IMG/VR virus record: IMGVR_UViG_3300032046_000015
Coordinates: 1-64,000 of that record
Direction: 5' to 3' (one strand)
DNA length: 64,000 bases
From: a virus
The position numbers and the translations under genes are program-made. Shown piece after piece: positions 59,120-64,000 of the stretch. How positions within the stretch are numbered: position 1 is the stretch's first letter; each line of letters starts with the position of its first letter. The notes beneath the pieces were generated by a model that ran no database searches, was not told where the DNA came from, and worked only from the letters and a program-made list of their open reading frames with translations.

Positions 59120-60087
59120 ACATGCTCCACAAAGTCAGATAGTTTGTCCATGATCTTGTCGACAGTTTCACGTGGATTCCAGGAAGCAAATCTGCCCACT
59201 GGTAACACATTAATAGGATAGTTCAATTTTTCAGTCAATGGATATATGTGTCCAGGCAATGTTGCTCTGACACGTCCCAATCTAGCATCCTTGATTGTTT
59301 TTTGGATGATTGTTATAGCCTTAATCCAATCTGGTTCTGTCACTCCAGTGATCTCAGCCATCCATACTTTCTGTTCGCAATCGCTGGTTGATATGCGATG
59401 TGGTCCACCATTCTCAGGAAAATACACATACTTATAGCGCCAGAACATTCTGGAGTGTGTGTGTGTATCTGCTATGTGTACTTTATTACACATAGTGTTA
59501 GGCATATGCCAAGCTGCCACTCTCCTAAACAACCAAAGTGGCAAACTGGTCACTACATAATCGAATGTGTCCACTGTATCATCATCCATATCTATGGACA
59601 CTCCTGTTTGTATCAAACTGAGTTCAACAACTTTGGCTAAATGAATGTTGATGTTTTTTCTGGCACGCTGTACAAAAGTATTAAAATCAATATCAATAAT
59701 TTTTTCCTGCCCTGAGGCAGCATTCATACAAGTATTTGCGTATCCATCCATGGTTCCTCTTGTTTTCAAAAAATGAGCTTGCTGAATCTTTTCTGTTACC
59801 TCACTCAATGGAATGATGTGCTCCTTCCACCATACTGCCCCTTCCACTTCATCAACAAAAAAAGGCACCTTCAATTGAGCCAAAAGTTGCTCCAATTGAG
59901 GGTGCCATTTCAATAATTTCAATCCACCTGATTGCCATGAACCGCCAATCTCTTCTGATATCAGCGTCACATCCAATCCTTGGTTGACTAAATAGTTTGC
60001 TGAAACAAGCCCAAGAATGCCACCACCTAACACAGCGACCTTGGCTGTGTTAGATGGTGTAGTTTGTGTGCGAGTATAGTGTATCAT
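59062..60087 (-). CDS. FAD-dependent oxidoreductase (UDP-Galp mutase/HemY-like fold)
   Basis: VLGGGILG Rossmann motif, EIGG and GRFASW. Confidence 0.8.
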   Translation of the reverse strand: MIHYTRTQTTPSNTAKVAVLGGGILGLVSANYLVNQGLDVTLISEEIGGSWQSGGLKLLKWHPQLEQLLAQLKVPFFVDEVEGAVWWKEHIIPLSEVTEKIQQAHFLKTRGTMDGYANTCMNAASGQEKIIDIDFNTFVQRARKNINIHLAKVVELSLIQTGVSIDMDDDTVDTFDYVVTSLPLWLFRRVAAWHMPNTMCNKVHIADTHTHSRMFWRYKYVYFPENGGPHRISTSDCEQKVWMAEITGVTEPDWIKAITIIQKTIKDARLGRVRATLPGHIYPLTEKLNYPINVLPVGRFASWNPRETVDKIMDKLSDFVEHVCLKKCGNVRKFNNDTGLL

Positions 60088-60104
60088 CTGTGTTAGGATT
60101 ATAT

Positions 60105-60134
60105 GGGATGAGGCCAACTTGTGGCCTCATTCCC
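60105..60134. other. intergenic hairpin
   Basis: ATGAGGCCA/TGGCCTCAT stem immediately after the stop of the sigma-like ORF; no T-run. Confidence 0.5.
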
Positions 60135-60135
60135 T

Positions 60136-61965
60136 TTACACGTGGATGACACCGTCTGTGTTCAGTTTCTGTATAGCCTTGACCACGCCATCGGTATTGG
60201 CCTCAACCACGCCCATGAGTCTGGCCTTGAACGCTCCATCAAACGCTGTGTCCTTGATGTCTGTCTTGAATGGTACAGCCTTTTGAGCGATATTTGTGTC
60301 TGGACATGGCAACCCCACATCGATGTTTCCGGTGCGTGGTTTGATATAAAGGATAGCCAGACCTTGCTCCCTGCCTGTAGTCTTATGGCAGTACATGGTC
60401 AGGTATCCAGAACCACCACCGCCCAATGGCGTCTTGTCGATGATGTAAAAATCGCCATCATTCTGTGCCGCTGCTTTGTCCATTAACGTCTTGCTGAACG
60501 CTGCCGCTATCTTGTGGGCCAGAGTCATGGCCAAGAGTCTGGACGGATTGTTAGGATCAAGCATGCCCGATATGACCTTGGGTTTTGGTTCTGCCTTGGC
60601 CTTGGGAGCAGCCTTCTTTGTCTCCTCTCCTGCTGGTTCTGTCGCTGGCTCAGAAGCATCCGCAGGGGCTGGTTTTTCTTTGGCCTTGGTATCCGATTGA
60701 GGCTTGGCTGTTGCTTTGGCAGCTTTGGGTTTTTCCTTGGCAGCTTTGGGCTTGCTTTTGTCCGGTTTGGCCTTGGCATCTGCTGTTTCCGCAGGAGTTT
60801 CAGTTGATGTGTCCGCTTTGGGTGCTTCCGCTGGCGCTGGCGTTGGTGTGTCCGCTTTGGGTGCTTCCTGTTTAGCCTTCTTGCCTTTGGACTTGCCACC
60901 CTTCTTCATCAACTCAGTTCCCTTCTGAAGCAGTGCGATGATTCCATCCTCTCCTGCTGTTGCGGCTGTTTTGACGATGTTAGTCCATTCGCCACCCTCA
61001 GCTTCTGCCACCGCTCTGGCGGCATCAGCTATAGGTTTGCACTCATCACGTTTGGCACATGGTTCCTTTTCCTTTTCCTGTTTGGCTGATGGGTTGCCAT
61101 CGCACTCTGCGAGTCCAACCTCATAAAAGCCAACGCATCCACCACTTCCCTGTTCATCCTTCTGTTCGTCTGACATGTCGTCACCTCCAGTTAAAATTTG
61201 GCCAACCAAAGATTGGCTTGTCAATACACAAGATTTTTCGCCTGTGTCCTTATTATTTGATGTTGTAGCTAAAAGTATCATTTTGGCCTTGATCCTTTTT
61301 AAGCTGCTTTTAATTTGTCCAGTTGTTGCTCCTATCTTTTGAGATAGATAACTGATCACCTGAAAACTGCGAGTCAACACTTCTGCCAAATCCCGCAAGT
61401 CTTGTGGTGGATTCAGAACCATCTGTAGCACCTTCCTGTCTATAGGTTTGTCCAAAGATTCAAACAAACGTTGCCTATTCATTTTGGACACACGATTATG
61501 TTCCAAATCCATCAATATGGTTTCTGGTGTATTTCTGTGTACAAGCCAACAATCCTCTCTCTTATGGGCATGGTGGCCTAATGCCAATGGCTCCTCTGCC
61601 AACCATTGTTCTGGACTTGGATACACAGAATGTGGGCTCAATTGTACTTTGTTGGTTTCGCTGTCTATATAATGTGGATTGCGCTTTTGTGCGAAGTGAT
61701 ATGATATAATCATGGGCGCCACATTATTCAGAGATTGGTAGAAATATGTGCTAAATTTGACACCTTTGTTGGGATCAAATTTCACCATAGCAGCCATAAG
61801 AGTCATCCTGAACATCTGTTCAATATCTGCCACATCCTCTCCTATCTTGAATGATAGTTGTATGGCCTTCTTGTGTATGAGTGGTGCTACACCATTCAAC
61901 ACCGTCTCAAACTTTTTTCTCACTTCATCCGGACAAGTGAAATTGTCTGGTACCAATTTGATCAT
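60136..61965 (-). CDS. sigma-70-like factor fused in frame to a Cys/PAK-rich protein (internal start at 61176)
   Basis: KFDPNKGVKFSTY region-2 motif and a region-4-like HTH; GGAGGTGA RBS before the internal MSDEQK. Confidence 0.7.
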   Translation of the reverse strand: MIKLVPDNFTCPDEVRKKFETVLNGVAPLIHKKAIQLSFKIGEDVADIEQMFRMTLMAAMVKFDPNKGVKFSTYFYQSLNNVAPMIISYHFAQKRNPHYIDSETNKVQLSPHSVYPSPEQWLAEEPLALGHHAHKREDCWLVHRNTPETILMDLEHNRVSKMNRQRLFESLDKPIDRKVLQMVLNPPQDLRDLAEVLTRSFQVISYLSQKIGATTGQIKSSLKRIKAKMILLATTSNNKDTGEKSCVLTSQSLVGQILTGGDDMSDEQKDEQGSGGCVGFYEVGLAECDGNPSAKQEKEKEPCAKRDECKPIADAARAVAEAEGGEWTNIVKTAATAGEDGIIALLQKGTELMKKGGKSKGKKAKQEAPKADTPTPAPAEAPKADTSTETPAETADAKAKPDKSKPKAAKEKPKAAKATAKPQSDTKAKEKPAPADASEPATEPAGEETKKAAPKAKAEPKPKVISGMLDPNNPSRLLAMTLAHKIAAAFSKTLMDKAAAQNDGDFYIIDKTPLGGGGSGYLTMYCHKTTGREQGLAILYIKPRTGNIDVGLPCPDTNIAQKAVPFKTDIKDTAFDGAFKARLMGVVEANTDGVVKAIQKLNTDGVIHV

Positions 61966-62069
61966 AATTTGCCATCCTTTCATAAGTGTGCTTGGCCCCA
62001 CCACTCCAAGCACGTGTCCCGTTGGACATGACCTTGTGTCCAACTACCATTGGCTGGAAGACTTTGATC

Positions 62070-62147
62070 TGACTCTATCTCTGTCAGGCTGGAAGCAAGT
62101 CAACTTTCCAGCGACATCCGCTGTGTGTAGCGGATGTTTCGATTGTC
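62070..62147 (-). ncRNA. type II hammerhead ribozyme (core variant CUGACAGA)
   Basis: AUC-GAAAC-stem III-GUC-stem I (GCUGGAA/UUCCAGC)-CUGACAGA-GAU; loop UGAC can pair with downstream GUCA. Confidence 0.75.
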
Positions 62148-62180
62148 TTGACCAAGCCTTCACGGTCATTAATATCTTTG

Positions 62181-62765
62181 TCACTTCATCCGTTCAAGAT
62201 CATCCCTGCTCCAACTCCTCTGGTTGGTTATATACCTGGCATAATGCCTGTGTAAACGTTTCATGTCATCCAGATTATCACCGCAAATTTCATTCCAAAT
62301 ATCGTGCCAACCCCAATCAAATTTGCGGCCATCGGATAACGTTGGTTTGAATGTGTAGGCATCATGGCAAATGACATGTAACTTGTTTAAGTGTGTAAGG
62401 TGTGGCATTACCAAGTCTATGACTTCAGGTTGAATCTCTATTACCAAAACATATTCAACTTCATCCTTGCTGGCAACCGCACTGGCAATCACACCCAAAC
62501 CCAATCCTGATATGAAGACACGACCTTCTGCCTTGTGGTAGAAATGTTGGTGCATCCTCATCTCCATAGGAGTGTCGGTCATCACTATGCCGCCTTGATG
62601 TGTCAATCTTGTGTACTCTCCTGGATCAACCATAGTCTGTGGCCTTCTGTTGATGAGAGCACGCAAATTGGCAAACTCTGCTTGTTCTTTTGTGATTGTG
62701 AACTTATCTATAGCCCAATCACCCTTCTTGCCTTCTGGCACAATCGCTTTGCTTAACATGGTCAT
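62181..62765 (-). CDS. SAM-dependent methyltransferase (spermidine synthase-like fold)
   Basis: SGLGLG, IEIQPEVI, DA and HDIW motifs. Confidence 0.75.
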   Translation of the reverse strand: MTMLSKAIVPEGKKGDWAIDKFTITKEQAEFANLRALINRRPQTMVDPGEYTRLTHQGGIVMTDTPMEMRMHQHFYHKAEGRVFISGLGLGVIASAVASKDEVEYVLVIEIQPEVIDLVMPHLTHLNKLHVICHDAYTFKPTLSDGRKFDWGWHDIWNEICGDNLDDMKRLHRHYARYITNQRSWSRDDLERMK

Positions 62766-62774
62766 TCTCTCCTC

Positions 62775-63188
62775 TTAACTGAACTTGTATTCAGGTGGTT
62801 CATTAATGTTTTGGATTTCATGTTCCTGCTGGTCAACATCGCCAGTGGTGAAGATAGAGACAACATGGCAATATGAAGCATCTGCCAACACTTCCGCAAC
62901 TTCACTTGCGTAGTCAATCAGATCAGACACAAAGCTCAATACTATTTCACCGCCATCAGAAGTGCGGACAACATGCCAGTTATCCCTATCAAACATATAT
63001 GAATATTCATGTCCTCTTATCCGCACTGGTTGTTTACCTTCTTCATACAGGAGTGTGTAAAACTCCACAAATTGATCCTTCATATCGTTGATACTGGTTC
63101 TGTCATCTATGTCGGTGCCATATAATTTACACAACAGTATCAGATGTTTTGGATTGATGATATCCTTCTTGCCTGGAATGCTTTTCAT
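62775..63188 (-). CDS. hypothetical protein
   Basis: GAGGA RBS. Confidence 0.6.
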   Translation of the reverse strand: MKSIPGKKDIINPKHLILLCKLYGTDIDDRTSINDMKDQFVEFYTLLYEEGKQPVRIRGHEYSYMFDRDNWHVVRTSDGGEIVLSFVSDLIDYASEVAEVLADASYCHVVSIFTTGDVDQQEHEIQNINEPPEYKFS

Positions 63189-63203
63189 TTCATCCTCTCC
63201 TCT

Positions 63204-63581
63204 TTACTTTCTGGCTGCGTTGACTATGTTGTTGATTGCTTCATTGATCTTGCTTACAGCAGATGATAAATCTTTGTATGTGGCGAATAGTGTGGCACGC
63301 TCTGGTGTAATGTCATGAACCTGATTCTTGGGTATGCGAACATAGTCACTTTTATCCACTAATTTCCACACGTCCGTGATCTTTGTTCCCTGTGTTGTTT
63401 CTATGTGTCCAATCAGACTGTATTTGTCCTCAAGTGTTTTTGGTCCAATTGCGAACACATACTCTGGTGTCTCTTTAACATACACCATCTCTATGATTGC
63501 CGGTTGCCAATCGCCATACCTTCTGTATGACACCCAATAAAATTTGTCTCCTCTGTTCATTTCCTTGTACCATCCTTTCAT
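63204..63581 (-). CDS. hypothetical protein
   Basis: ORF directly downstream of the ribozyme. Confidence 0.6.
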   Translation of the reverse strand: MKGWYKEMNRGDKFYWVSYRRYGDWQPAIIEMVYVKETPEYVFAIGPKTLEDKYSLIGHIETTQGTKITDVWKLVDKSDYVRIPKNQVHDITPERATLFATYKDLSSAVSKINEAINNIVNAARK

Positions 63582-63595
63582 GTGTTAAATTCTGG

Positions 63596-63667
63596 TGACT
63601 TGCCATCATCAGGCCAACGGTGGTCAACCATTGACGACATCCGCTGTGTGTAGCGGATGTTTCGGCA
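63596..63667 (-). ncRNA. type II hammerhead ribozyme
   Basis: UGCC-GAAAC-AUCCGCU/AGCGGAU-GUC-GUCAAUGGU/ACCGUUGGC-CUGAUGA-U-GGCA; loop UGAC with a downstream GUCA pseudoknot. Confidence 0.9.
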
Positions 63668-63673
63668 TGCTTG

Positions 63674-63877
63674 TTAACAAATTCCATTCACTTCACCATG
63701 CTCCATCTTGCGTTGGAATTTGATTTTGGGGTGATACCTTTTGGCTGTCTCTTTTATCCTCTTTAATCGTGTGTCCTTGAAACAGTCAATCAACTCCTCT
63801 CCATCAAACACTTCAACCCTGTATCCTTCCAACTCGCCTGTGTTCTGCCAAACCACTCTTACAATCACTGCTCTCAT
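63674..63877 (-). CDS. hypothetical protein
   Basis: MRAVIVR start with an AAGGA RBS. Confidence 0.5.
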   Translation of the reverse strand: MRAVIVRVVWQNTGELEGYRVEVFDGEELIDCFKDTRLKRIKETAKRYHPKIKFQRKMEHGEVNGIC

Positions 63878-64000
63878 TGGACATCCTTTCATATGTGATT
63901 TCAGAATACACTCTGATTGTTTCATATCTTGATGCGAATCCAAGTGGCCCTTTTTGTGGATAATTCACAGCCAAACCCCAGTGCCTTATTTTTGTCACTT

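Noticed and set aside
62181-62765. Spermidine synthase supplying a putrescinyl-type modification
   Set aside because: Only the SAM-binding fold is recognisable, and the gene is separated from the nucleotide cluster; a link cannot be supported.
63475-63687. 70-aa minus-strand ORF (..ETSATHSGCR..)
   Set aside because: It is a translation across the hammerhead ribozyme and overlaps a better gene.
331-63932. Plus-strand ORFs in the track (e.g. 4323-5165, 13067-13927, 17870-18868)
   Set aside because: Antisense shadows of well-supported minus-strand genes; no recognisable motifs.
1-64000. Bacterial chromosome, prophage boundary, or stop-codon reassignment
   Set aside because: recA, dnaE, HU and pyrE lie in phage-style operons; no integrase, att site or host block was seen; genes are intact under the standard code.

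Overview
The whole window is part of a large tailed-phage genome with a contractile tail (myovirus type). Essentially all genes are on the minus strand, so transcription runs right to left. From right to left it contains: (i) small early-type genes flanked by two type II hammerhead ribozymes, then a sigma-70-like factor; (ii) a tightly overlapping nucleotide cluster (FAD oxidoreductase, dUTPase/MazG-HAD fusion, divergent ThyX, class III aminotransferase, dNMP kinase) just upstream of DnaE, suggesting an undescribed pre-replicative pyrimidine-modification pathway; (iii) replication and recombination genes (DnaE, HU, UvsY-like, SSB, RecA, SbcCD, resolvase, 5'-3' exonuclease, family-4 UDG); (iv) accessory genes (endolysin, dCMP deaminase, RlpA, tRNA-Pro, Toprim protein, a frameshifted pyrE); (v) a repeat-rich, poorly coding interval at about 30.7-32.6 kb; (vi) the head module (terminase, portal, MuF, scaffold, major capsid), in which the prohead protease is the C-terminus of a 1118-aa fusion with methyltransferase, nucleotidyltransferase, ATP-dependent DNA ligase and LigD-phosphoesterase-like domains; (vii) neck, sheath, tube, a tail chaperone with a -1 frameshift site, tape measure and baseplate genes. 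All calls come from motif recognition and gene order by eye; no database search was run.
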